64,000 nt of DNA from Chrysomallon squamiferum (Eukaryota > Animalia > Mollusca): assembly GCA_012295275.1 (NCBI GenBank), contig CM022665.1, positions 13,268,001 through 13,332,000 of the forward strand, written 5' to 3'. Positions 51,882 through 64,000 of the stretch are shown in pieces. The translations under genes were made by a program, and so were the position numbers. Each line of letters begins with the position of its first letter. Position 1 is the stretch's first letter. The notes under the pieces are model-generated. The model was given only the letters and a program-made list of their open reading frames with translations. It was not told the origin of the DNA and ran no database searches.

Positions 51882-52840
51882 TATATATATATATATATAT
51901 ATATATTCTTAATTTAAATAAACTGAATAATAATATATACCTCACATTATTTCCTCTTAAACAATTTTGCACGAACTTAAATAAATTAAAAGAAAAAAAT
52001 AATTTAATGAATCAACTGGCATCATACATCCTTCTTGAACAAACATTGTCATGATCATAACATTTATTTTTGTTAAAGTGTAGTGTTAAATGTTAGCTTT
52101 GTCCTTTATCATCCACTAATTAGAAATGTTAAATAACCAAAAGAAAAACAGCACTGGAATCATTGATATAAATATTTCATTTTCGGTTTAATGTTTACAA
52201 CTTTGATTATTATAAATAGCCAGTATTAAATATTTATCTGTAAATTTGTAACAGAAGTTGTTGAGAAAAGAGTTACAAAGTGCAAAATAAATGTTTAGCT
52301 TTACAAAGTACTTACAATAATTTTCATAATAGTAAAAATGCAAATATTACATTAATTATAATATTCAGTTGAAGTATAACTGCAAAATAGCTTTGTATAA
52401 GACAGCATATATATATATATAAAGAACAAAACAATAATACAAATATAAGGTTATCTTTATTTTGAAAACAAACAATATTCCACATACAATATATTTCATG
52501 TTTTTAAGACAATCTCCTGAAAATATGACATTTCCAAGAAGGTTTTTTGTCTCATATTTCTTCTAGATGCAACTCTTTCTGATCATATGTCTTCTTGGTC
52601 TTGACTTTCTGTACAGTTCTGTCTTCAGAAAGTAGTAAATTCCAAGTTTAGATCTTCCAAAGATATGAACTATGGAATGTTAAAGAAGCCATGTATTGTA
52701 ATATTTTGCTGCAAAGGATCTGAAATTGTCAAAGATCCCATCTGATTGTATCCAGGACCATACATTATCGTTTTCTTTGTGGAGACTCCAATACTTAGAG
52801 GTTGATTGCCATCAAGATATTATTTAATTACTAAATCTGT

Positions 52841-53044
52841 CTATCTTTCAGACAGTTTTCTGGCACACTCATGAAGCAAATCATGAATTTCTCTAGCACA
52901 GTTTACCTGGAACTTTATCATCTGCAAATACTGTGGATATGGCTGGCTATCTGGTGGTGGGTTCTCTCCCTTTGAAATAACAACGTTAAGTGGTGTGTAC
53001 TTGATGCTGTCTATTGCCAGATTCTGAGTCTCCAAGGCTAACCT
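52841..53044 (-). CDS. MED29: Mediator subunit 29 (Intersex) exon 4
   Basis: ttacag|AGG TTA; RLALETQ...PYPQYLQMIKFQVNCAREIHDLLHECA; TAG stop. Confidence 0.93.
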   Translation of the reverse strand, partial: RLALETQNLAIDSIKYTPLNVVISKGENPPPDSQPYPQYLQMIKFQVNCAREIHDLLHECARKLSER

Positions 53045-53658
53045 CTGTAAAAATAATTATTAACTACTGCATATACTGTTAAAACCATAGAGTAATGAAC
53101 TGACATTACTGGTGTGTCTTGTGAAAGAGAGAGAAAGCAACTGTACTTTACATAAATAGTAGTACTACCATTCCTACTTTCTTGTTCTGTGACAGACACT
53201 ATGGCTCGGTCTGATTAGTAGATAATAAGCAGAAAATTTAAAATGTTATTAAAAATAGCTGATACATATTCTACAGAGAAGTGAAAAGTATTTAGTTTCC
53301 TTTTTAACCAATGTGTCATAATCAACTAACAAAGACTGTGGTATTAGTTTTCCATATAATGGGTCTAGTGGTGCCTGTCAGTAATATTAGCTATTTATAT
53401 TGGTTTTCCTATTTAAAATCATTGTAATAATAAACAACATATGATCAACAACTAAAAATATGCTGAAATCCAGTTAAATATTAATTTATTTTAAAATGTA
53501 TCCTTTTTGGTTTTTTTTTTTTAACCCTTATAGCCATAGTGATAGACAAAGATTGTTGTTAATGAAATATAAAGTGTCTTTTTTTTTAACATAAGCATTT
53601 AATGAGAATTCTGATCATATATTAATATACAAATAAAATAAATAAATTTAATGCATAC

Positions 53659-53743
53659 CAAATTCATTTCAATTAGATCACAAACTGAATAGAACTCTTC
53701 TAAACTCTTTTCGAATTTCAGCAGATATTCTTCTGAAGATTTG
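53659..53743 (-). CDS. MED29: Mediator subunit 29 exon 3
   Basis: tgcag|C AAA; KFEKSLEEFYSVCDLIEMNL; TTG|gtatgc donor. Confidence 0.93.
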
Positions 53744-54213
53744 CTGCAAATGTAATTAATTGCTGTTAAATTTGTAAAAAACAAAGGGATGTACAAAATA
53801 ACTTTTTAAATGTGTTTTTGGTATCATTAAAGTGAATAGAATAAAAAAAAATGTTCCTTTCTTTTTATAATTCAAGAATGTACTATCATGACTACCACTG
53901 TGAATTCGAGACAGCCATGACAGCTACTTTCAGTCTGAGTTTTAATCCTTGGCTTTAAATTTGGCTAAAATACATTTGTACTGACCAAGATATATTTTTT
54001 CTCCCAATAAATGCTTTGCATTATTACATATTTAAAAAAATAAATAAATAAATAAAAAATTATACATACACATTCAGTATTTACATATAATTTAATTTTG
54101 CTCTCATAATAAATTTTATTACACTTTAAAATACAGGACTTGAAAACTTTTGGCCTAAGAAAATTGTAAAAGATATGGAATATTTAAATGGCTGATCAGT
54201 GGTCTCAACTTAC

Positions 54214-54272
54214 TGGCCTGAATCATGTTGAGCATTATGAGCAAAGGCATCACCAGCATTTTTAAACAATGT
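54214..54272 (-). CDS. MED29: Mediator subunit 29 exon 2
   Basis: tttttag|ACA TTG; TLFKNAGDAFAHNAQHDSG; CA|gtaagt, phase 2 matching exon 3. Confidence 0.88.
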
Positions 54273-54842
54273 CTAAAAAAAGAAGAAAACAGTTAAATGT
54301 ACATTATGTAGGTTTGTTTTTATCAGTTTAAGAGTTTGCAAGAAAAAAAAAAGAAGAGGGAAAATCAAAGCACTGATCGTCTGATGACTCACCTACTAAT
54401 ACATTATGATTATATATTAATGATACTCACTGATATTGTGACAGTATTTTGGATTTGAAAATCAAAATATCTCCAGTTACCTTCTTGTTTGTAATATTCA
54501 ATACTATCTTTGTTTGCTTGTTTGGTATTCATTTTTATTTAAAACAAATACATACACATAATTATTATATAATTATAAATTAATAATTATAAAATTTGTT
54601 GATCTTTTTATTTTTTTACTTCATATCTTATTTTTCAAATTACATGTTTATTTGTTTTTTAATTTAAATGCCTATAAACTTAAAATAGAGTTTTACACAA
54701 TAAAACTAAAAACCCCAACGTGCACAAACATTCGCGTTGTTATTGTCGATTGTAATAAAAACAGTAATTATTTGAAACAATCGACTGGGGTTAATCTCAT
54801 GTTATTATTATGTTAACAGACCAGATTAAATTTGCAATATAC

Positions 54843-54980
54843 CGCAAGATAGGATTTAAGTCTTGGTAATAATACACTCTTAAATTTTGAAACAGGGTCA
54901 ACATCTGTTGCAATTTGTGGTTGCTGTTGCCCTTGTGGTCCAGGATTCTGTTGCGAAACAGGCTGTTGAGGTGCCGCCAT
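54843..54980 (-). CDS. MED29: Mediator subunit 29 exon 1
   Basis: ATG GCG GCA; Gln/Pro-rich start then DPVSKFKSVLLPRLK; GCG|gtatat donor; the four exons give 161 aa. Confidence 0.9.
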
Positions 54981-55267
54981 GATTCTTTATTCTTTATTAC
55001 TTTCAACCTTTACTTCGAGAGGTCCACGGTAACCCCAAAGACTGCCCTCATCCAAAAAATTTGTTATAATATTTATGTCACCAAATGAAAAAAAAAACTA
55101 CAAAACAAAACAAGCAACAAAAAAAAAAAAAAAAAAGTGATTTTACAATAATAATAATAATAATAATATTTTTATTATTATGATTATTATTATTATTATT
55201 ATTATTATCTATCAAACCTTTACTTGCAAATTGAGTTTATATCATGAATTTATTCACTAAAATTAAT

Positions 55268-55268
<1 letters not shown>

Positions 55269-55325
<57 letters not shown>

Positions 55326-55338
55326 ACACACACACACA
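55269..55338. repeat. (CA)n microsatellite
   Basis: Directly visible. Confidence 0.97.
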
Positions 55339-58300
55339 ACCAAAACAAACATTTAATGTCAAAACTTTAATATTCAGCCAGTGCCTTTTGACTGGCATAC
55401 CAACAACCATGTACACTGACCTGTCTCACTGTGTTATATATTTTTCTAACCAATTAGTATAAATTTCATTGCATTTTAATGCCTTCAACATCTGTTTTCA
55501 AGAATTAATCTGGAACAATCATCAAAATATAAAAGGTAATTTACAAATAAAATAATTTATATAATAACAAAGTGTAATACTTTTCAAATGTATATTAAAA
55601 ACAAACACTCAAAAAGTAAGTCAGAAATTATTTATTTATGGATTAAAATGTAACAGAAATTTAGAACAAAAAATAGTAGATAAATAGACGAAAACAAATA
55701 ATAATAACAAGCAAATAAAATAAATATGAAGACACTTTCAGCAATTCAAACATAAACTATTACAGTAAGAGTTAGTTAACTACCAATAAAATTGTGATTA
55801 TTAATGTTAAATAAAATGAAACAAAAATTACCCATGATAAATAAATATTTCTAAAATCCTTTATTTATTATCCAAGATAAATAACCTAATAAATAATATA
55901 TTAATAATAACTGTATGTTATGCAGATTATAAACTATACATATAATTATATTAAATAAATAAATGCAATACATCATGTTTATATTTAAAATGTACTTATG
56001 GTCAGGGCTGGATTTTGACATTTTGGGACTGCAGCAATTCATTTTGGGGAACCCTCAATATAGAAATTAAATAACATGACATAAAAAAAAAAAATAGTTA
56101 AAAAATAAAATAAAATAAATGATAAATTGCATTTTTTGGGGGGTAGGGGGAATAATTTTAGGTTCTGAAAAAGACATCTGGTTTTATTTTTTTCAATTTT
56201 ACTGACTGTAAGAATACCTCTGACTAAAATATTTGGTTTGTATTATTGGCCATACTTGATATAAATGACTGATGTTCAGATAAGGCATGAAGTATTCTGG
56301 TGCCTTTAAATTATTTCTTTAAATTATTCATGTGAGTGTTAAGTTTTTCTCCTTTTTATACTGCTGTATAAGGCATTAATTATTGTACTGATCCTAAATA
56401 ACAGCTGAGCCAAAGAATAATAAAATTTAGTTTTTCCTCTTTCTGTTCATGATCAGCAATAAGTTTAAAATGAAACACATTCAATAAAAATGCCTAACAA
56501 AATACAATAGCAAGTTACAAACAGTTTTCTGGCAAGTATGCATTTATCATTTGAAAAGGATCATCTTTCCAGGCTACAGCAAAATCACTAAATCAATAGG
56601 TCATACATTACACAGGTAACTGGAACTGACAAGTCATTCATCACATTAATTTTTATAATTTTCACACTACAATATCTACAAAAAAAAATGTTCTTAGCAT
56701 TTGGGAGGCACTTTTACCCCTTTATAAATCCATCTCTGATCATGGTACCTTGTGGAATATATTTACTTTTTTTGTTTAAACTACTACAAGTACACTTTAA
56801 TGACAATATTAATATTAAATCAATCAATGATTTAATATCATTTAAAGAATTATGTATTCCACATATTTTAGAAATACATAAACTTGTTCCATACATTTTT
56901 TATTGAAATTTATATTTAAAAACTCTTTGCACAATACTGTTATTTAACAGACTTTGTTCATTGTTAAATTATTGTCTTCATGCTCTTTTGTTGATTTGTC
57001 ACACTTTCCTTCAGAAATGGCTCAGATTTTTAATTTTAAAAAAAATGTCTTTGTATTTTTATTTATTTATTTAATTCAATTCAGTTTTATTTATAAAATA
57101 AAATAAAATGATCAGTTAGATGTGTAAAAAATGTATTAACATCTTCCATTTTCACCATTAGTGGACAAAACAAAACAAATGAATGGAGGTGTAACAATCC
57201 CATATTTAAATTATTTGTTTGCACCATAAAAGGCATATTTCAAGTACATAATTATGTAACAAAACCCAGTTATACATATTATGTGTTTACATTGCCACAG
57301 GTACAGTATAAAAATTATATAAACCAGACTGACTTAAACCAACATTGCAATCTGTTAATAATATAAAATAAAATATTTAAGAACCCTAAAAGCCTCTGTA
57401 ATATTCATGTGATAAAACAAAACTATCTGTATGCTAGAATCCAAACTGTATTAAATACATAATTTTAACTGCTCATTTCAAATTATTTTCAAACCAATGC
57501 TTCATAAATGAAAAAAATAAAAAAATAAAAATTATTTCTGTATCAATATTTAACCAAAATTAATAAATGCTTCCCAATCAATAAATTGAAAGAGTAAAAT
57601 GCTACTTGAATTATGAGTATGGAAGATTAAAAAAGCAATATTTTATTTAAAGCCAAATTTAATTTTTTTATGTATTTATTAATTTACTAGAGTACTGAAA
57701 TGAAATTCTGCAACAAATAAAACCTACTTATTTAAAAAGTATTGAAAGCAAATCATGATAACCCTTTCCAATTAAATAATTAATCAACATGTATAATAAA
57801 TACTGGGGTAATGAAAAATTCTCTTTTATATAACATTTCATATATTACTTTAAATATTAACTGCAACTAGATTTAAATAAGCTTGTAACAAACATTGGTA
57901 AACTGTAATACTGTTAAACTGGGGACTGGCCTGGTAACTATTAAAATTATGAAATATAGAACATTATAGAAACACCTATCTAAACAATAAGATATTAAAA
58001 CCTACTACTATATTAACCAAGGCTAGTAACAGTATTAACAGTGCATTAGGTACACATCTGAACAAATCTAAGCTAACTTCAACATATGAATAAAAATACT
58101 TTGAAGCATTTAATTATGGAATTATATTCACAAAGAAGTTAAAAATACCATATAACATCCCTGAAATATTTAACCAATAACTATAAAATAAGGAAAAATT
58201 ATTAAACAAAACATACATCAAAAATATTAATACAGTTTAATATATTTTAAAGATTTTCCTACCATTGTTGTTACACTCTACAGCTGATTATGACTTTTGT

Positions 58301-58810
58301 ATATGTGCTGAAGTGTCTTAAACAATAATTCATTCAGTTTAATGTACTCAAGTCAAGACTGTTTGTTTAAACTTACCAAGTTAAACTATGTATTTTACCA
58401 GTGCAATAAAGACATATCTGAAAATATGATCAGCACCTTTCTGTATTTTGACAACTCTATCTACAGAGATCAGTATTTATAAGGAATTTTAAAATTTGAT
58501 TCTTATTTAACAATTGTGTAATTTAAAATGACCACCACTGTCACATATATTCGTAAAAAATACTAAAATCTCAAGTCTTTGAAATGCAAAACAACTGTAT
58601 ATGAAGCAATAGTATTTAATATGTGGATAAAAAAATTAAATGAAAAGAAAAAGTTAAAAATATTGAACAATGTAAACTTTTATTAATATTGATTTATAAA
58701 TATTAAATAAATGGAATTATGTTTAAAATGTTTTGGAATTAACTGAGTATTCTGAGTAAAATAAAATAAATAATACTGATAATACAGATTTTTAGATGAT
58801 CACCAAGACA

Positions 58811-58893
58811 TTCTGAGTAAAACTTAGTGAAACATATACACACTGAGTAAAACTTAGTAAAACCTAAATACAAAGAGTAAAACTTAGTTAAAT
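58811..58893. repeat. 30-bp period minisatellite, three copies
   Basis: GAGTAAAACTTAGT at 58815, 58845 and 58875. Confidence 0.9.
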
Positions 58894-61078
58894 CGAATCT
58901 GTTAGTGGAAAAATCAGTAATAATAATAATTTAAAGAAGATCCTTTAATGAAGGATAAAATCAAATGTACAATCTGATTTACATTAACAAAGTAACTGAA
59001 TGTTTTTTTTCCATACATGCATATCAAAACATTCACTACTTCAACACGGTTGTGTAAAAACAAAAAGTGTTAATTTACAAATGCTAGTAAACATATAGAA
59101 TACAGTACAGATTAATAATTTATATATTTTTTAATTACAGCTTTCTTCAAATTTTCTTTATTAGTAACAAAATTGTGTATATATTTAAATATACTCTCTA
59201 TTTTGTCTACTTTGGAAATAAAATAATAATAATAATAATAAATTATAAAATAAATCCCCAGTATAACAAAAAAAAAAATAACAAACCCCCCCCCAAATAT
59301 TCACTATCAGAAACAGTATCAATAACTGATTTTTATTAGCTTTAAACATTCTACTAGTGAAATATATTTTAATGTAAGTTTTAACAAAACCCAAGAACAA
59401 ATGACTGCTGCCATATAAATAAAAAATACACTTGAACGTGTAAGTAAAAAATATATGGAAATACACATTCAACAATTATAAGTTAACAGTTTAACTATTA
59501 AAATAAGGAGCCATCCATAATACAGAAGGGTTCTGGATAAAGTATGATGAAAATACAGGTGTGAGAGATGGATTTGCTGCCAGAGAGTCCATGCTGTTTT
59601 TATAGAAGTGTTTTTGGCTAAAATACTTATTTCAGTTTTATATTAAAGAAGAAAGATTTTGAAAATCACAACCAGGCCATTTGTTTACAATAATGAATCT
59701 GTTATTTCATCAGGTAAAATGTTCAACACTGATAGATATTTGTACTCAAAAAATGAAGAAAAAATAATGATCATGTTTATGTAAATACATAGATGGTGTG
59801 GAGTTAAAAGTCATAAAAATGTGCACATTTATGTTTTATGGATGGAGCCTATGACGATAATTTAAAACACAGAAAAAAAAGATGGAACCCCCCCCCCAAA
59901 AAAAACCCACACCTGAATATTTTGATTAAAAACTCACATTTCTAAGAAAAGTTAACTGTGTAAATAAGACATTGAGATCAGATTCAATATATTTATGGTT
60001 TATGAAATTTATGTGCTGCTTCTAATGAGAGAAAAAGAGATAATGCCTCTAAGAGGGAGAAATGAGAAATATGCTTTTGTAAAGAACCAAATGAAATATA
60101 TGCATGGATTCATAAATCAGTTAAATGTTAATTTTTTTTTGTGTTTTTTTTAACTTATTATTTTTTAAACAAATGCAGATTGAATATAATGGGGAAAAAT
60201 TTTACAATGCTTTAAGGAAAATGATATAAGCTTTTAAAAGGAAGAAAATTTTATATAAAGGAAGAAAGTGTGACATTTTTAAATACAAAAAATCATATAT
60301 ATATTAAAATAAATTAAAATGTGCTGTGCACCTTCTTAAACAGATAACAGTAAAGTGCATGAATATATATACAGGCTTATTATTTAAGCAGTTGAAATCA
60401 ATGATATGTTTTAAAAAGAAAAATAATATTATTAACACATGCAATAATCAAAATAGAAAAAGATAAAAAGAAAAGAAAAAGGGGAACATTTTACAAATGT
60501 ATATATAAAAAATAGGATTGTCATAAAATGATCAAGGATTTTAAATAAAATGAAATGCAATGTACAGTTTAAAAACAAACATTTTTTTATTAAAAAAGTG
60601 CAAAGCATAAAAGCAAAAAGTTTGAAAACTGAAAGACCAAATAATTTTTTGAAAATTATCTGGAATGTGCTTTTTTTCATAGCAGATTGATTGTATATAT
60701 TTATCTGTGTTGTAAATAACAAAGGCAAATTGGTATTAAGGCACATAAAACTGTCACATACTCAGACAGCTAATAATAAAGCATAACATGTATTCAATTC
60801 ATTTATATCTGCAACACAGATGTGAACATGTGGCATACCTTCACAAAGATTTCAAAAATCATAATCACAATAAATTAATTTGTTCTTTATCTTACTAAAA
60901 TAATAAGATGAAGAAAAAGAAGAAGAAACAAATTAAAAAAATAAAAACAAACAATAACAATGTAACATATAAAATCAAGTACAAAGCATAAACACAACAG
61001 ATGCAAATAATATAATCAAATAAATATACATATTTGTTCTTCATATATATAATATAAAAGGAAACACAAAAGAGACAG

Positions 61079-61129
<51 letters not shown>

Positions 61130-62576
61130 TAACATAAATTGAAAATAATAATAATAATAAATATAGAAAATTTCTCCATTTAATTATCCATAGTCTCATA
61201 AAACCCAACAAACACTCAAGCAATGTAACATTCTGAAAAACCTAAAATACAATTTATTTCATTAATTTTCTCAGTCAGCAATAATACAAGCTTATTCATT
61301 ATTATTTTTTTTTTTTATAAATTTCTCAAGCTAATTTGTTTTTTAAATATATTTTACAAGTTCATTTTTTAAATAATTTTCACATTTTTAAATAAATTTT
61401 AAATAAATTTTTATATTAATTACACAAGTTCAATTTTTTAAATAAATATCTCAAATTCATTTTTTTTTAAATAAATTTATCAATTTCATTTTTTATTTTT
61501 ACAAATGAACAATAAAAATTCTGATTTTGTTTTTTAAATTCTCATATTGTTAATAGCAAGTATTGCAGCTATAATCAAAATATAAATTTTTTAATGGAAA
61601 GTTCTGTTGAAACTGGTAAATAAGCAATAACTGGTAGTTTAGCAATTGTCCTCACTGTGTATATATTGTTAATTATTACTTGTTTAAAACATAGTAACTT
61701 TGATCAAAAAGTATTGTTAAAAATCTAAAATTTCATACTGTGTTCTGACTTTGAAAAAGCTATGAGTAGATTCTGAGTTCTAAGAAACATAAAATAATCT
61801 TGTGTTAAAATTATTTACAAAAATAAATAAAAATAAATTGGATAACACAATAAATTAATAAAAATACTATTGGTACAGATATATCTTTCGTTTTTTATAT
61901 ATTAAAATTAAAAAAAATTAAATTAAAAAAATGGAACATTACTAAAATAAAATTAACAAAGAAAAAAAATATATATATATATATATAAAAATAAATGAAC
62001 AAATTCTGATAGACCACTTTTACAGAAAGTTAAACTACAGCAGCATAAGCGCAGTACAACAAAATAAAAAATCGAATGTGTAAATAGAATTTGAAATTTA
62101 AAAAGGTAATGAGGTTAAATATGAAATATTAACATAAAATAATAATTACAAATACTATCATTAAAAACATGTTTTAAAAGTAAATAAACAAAAGCACATA
62201 TCTGCACATATATAAAAAATAATGATATGGCAAGAGCAAAACGTGCTTTCAACATATTATATTATAATACACATAGATATTTGAATGTTTTAGCCACTGC
62301 ACTGTCAATATGACATAAGCCTCTGGTATTATTTTTCTGTACATTAAGGCACACACTTTTTCTTCTGTAATACATTTTATGAAGCACATACAATATGAAT
62401 GGTTATCTGTTTTTTCCAATGGAGTGACAGGCATATTTATTACAACCTAATATTGTTGATAATGATTCAGCCTATGCAGGTTATATACAGGTTACTGGAC
62501 TGGCTGTTATAGATAATCAGTCCTATTTTGACTGCAGACTATTAGTTGTATTTTAATCTCTTGACCTAATCACCAA

Positions 62577-62729
62577 TCATGTATTAACCATGGGAGCTGA
62601 TTTCCTTCTAGACATCATCACAGCTGGCTTCAGATATTGCTGCAGGAAGGAAATGCCCAATGGTTGCCTAGCAACCATTTCTTCAAAAGGATATCTTTCT
62701 GAATTTGATTTAGATGGACCAAAATCAAT
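62577..62729 (-). CDS. START-domain protein, last exon
   Basis: catatag|ATT GAT; IDFGPSKS...EEMVARQPLGISFLQQYL (START C-terminal helix); TGA stop. Confidence 0.85.
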   Translation of the reverse strand: MDFGPSKSNSERYPFEEMVARQPLGISFLQQYLKPAVMMSRRKSAPMVNT

Positions 62730-62750
62730 CTATATGGAAAAATGAAATAA

Positions 62751-62796
62751 ATAAACATAAACATAAACATAAACATAAACATAAACATAAACATAA
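62751..62796. repeat. (ATAAAC)n hexanucleotide repeat next to a 3' splice site
   Basis: Directly visible, about 7.5 copies. Confidence 0.95.
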
Positions 62797-62917
62797 AAAT
62801 AACACTAACACTAAATATAAATACTTTTAGTCAGAAGATTAATACAAAATTATTAAAATGTCTCTAATTAAAAAAAATTAAGACAACAGTTGTAAGTTAA
62901 ATACATTTTTTTTTTAC

Positions 62918-62995
62918 CTGCATAAGGTAAGTAACCATAGAACATGTTTTTCTGTCTTTCCTCACTGGTTCAATAATCCAGCCACTCGGAAGCAC
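62918..62995 (-). CDS. START-domain protein, penultimate exon
   Basis: attag|GTG CTT; VLPSGWIIEPVRKDRKTCSMVTYLMQ; CAG|gtaaaa donor; phase 0 at both ends. Confidence 0.88.
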
Positions 62996-63473
62996 CTAAT
63001 AATGGAACAAGAAAATCACATTTGACTAATTCATTTATTTTAATCATTTCCAAACAAAGCTGCCACTTGGTATACCAAGCTTTTATTTTTAACTGTCTTA
63101 ACTATTTATTATCATTATTATGTTGTTGTAGTTGCTGGTATTATTATTATTATTTTTAATTAAATAAGTTAATATTAACACCACTTCTACTCTTGACAAA
63201 TAGTTAACTTTGTAAATATTCTTTTTAACTTTCTGAACTGACATTTAACCTCTATTGTATTTATAGTTATTATTACTGCTTAGTAAATATTTAATTTTTT
63301 GGATAAATTCTGACATAATTTTAACCTTTTTTTTTGTAAATATTTAATCTGTTCACCATAACTTAACAATGTCAAGTAATAAGAAACAAAAAAAAAAAAC
63401 ATTCCACACAAACTACACACATATATTTTGGTTGACATTTAACCTTTATCAAATTATATTCTGTTTGTTTCAC

Positions 63474-63628
63474 CTTTGCCCTGACTGTGCCAGGTTGTAG
63501 AGGAACTTTATAGTCTACTGACTCATATGTGAGAACATATCTATCACTCTCCACCCTCTCACTCTGTAACATACAGATATCACAGGCCTCTTTCTTCAGT
63601 AACTGTTGAACCTCATGATACATGTGAA
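63474..63628 (-). CDS. START-domain protein internal exon (STARD9-like START; gene begins right of the window)
   Basis: ctctag|TT CAC; DICMLQSER...YVLTYESVD...PGTVRAK; AAG|gtgaaa donor; joins to VRAKVLPSGWIIEP, a START motif. Confidence 0.85.
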
Positions 63629-64000
63629 CTAGAGAACAAAAAATAATATTTAATAAAAACTACTATTTAGAGTAATAGTGAGGATGGCATGAAAATAAAA
63701 AGATGATCAAATCCACAATCTGAGAGAAAATATCCTAACAGAAATCTCATTTTTCACAGCCACCATTTTATACTTGGAATAACATGCAATTATCTTTAAT
63801 TTGATTTACCACACCTCACACTGACTGTCCAGGACTTTGAATACAAATCTCAGTTTACTATATCATATGAAGATTTCACTTAAGTGAATTTTACTATAAA
63901 ATATGTAAGTTTTCCAAAATATATAGATAATCAATTATTCATTATCATTAATATTATTAACATTATAAAAGCATTTAGTGATTATCACACTACCATAACT

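Noticed and set aside
52820-52843. MED29 stop-codon readthrough
   Set aside because: A second in-frame stop follows after six codons.
54797-55006. 69-aa track ORF over MED29 exon 1
   Set aside because: Wrong frame; the MED29 frame starts at ATG 54980.
58811-58893. CRISPR-like repeat-spacer pattern
   Set aside because: Eukaryotic context, 14-bp core, related spacers, no cas genes; a minisatellite.

Overview
AT-rich, intron-containing animal genomic DNA, probably a mollusc/gastropod (inferred from recalled repeat families, not proven). Spliced genes rebuilt from GT-AG sites and exon phase: (1) the 5' part of a synaptotagmin-14/16 family gene (minus strand, about 43.0 kb down to beyond the left edge) with TM, linker and C2A exons and up to five candidate alternative phase-1 first exons; (2) OPA3 (plus, 2 exons), head-to-head with it; (3) ZNRD2/SSSCA1 (minus, 4 exons), whose first intron holds an intact, intronless, same-strand 248-aa ORF of unrecognised family; (4) MED29 (minus, 4 exons); (5) the last three exons of a START-domain protein gene (minus). 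Introns and intergenic DNA carry Tc1/mariner-pogo and hAT relics (two nested), SINE-like fragments, a local 180-bp duplication, a long hairpin and many microsatellites. Best candidates for new biology: the ORF nested in ZNRD2 intron 1 and the set of alternative N-termini of the SYT14 gene. No database search was run; family calls rest on recognising motifs by eye.
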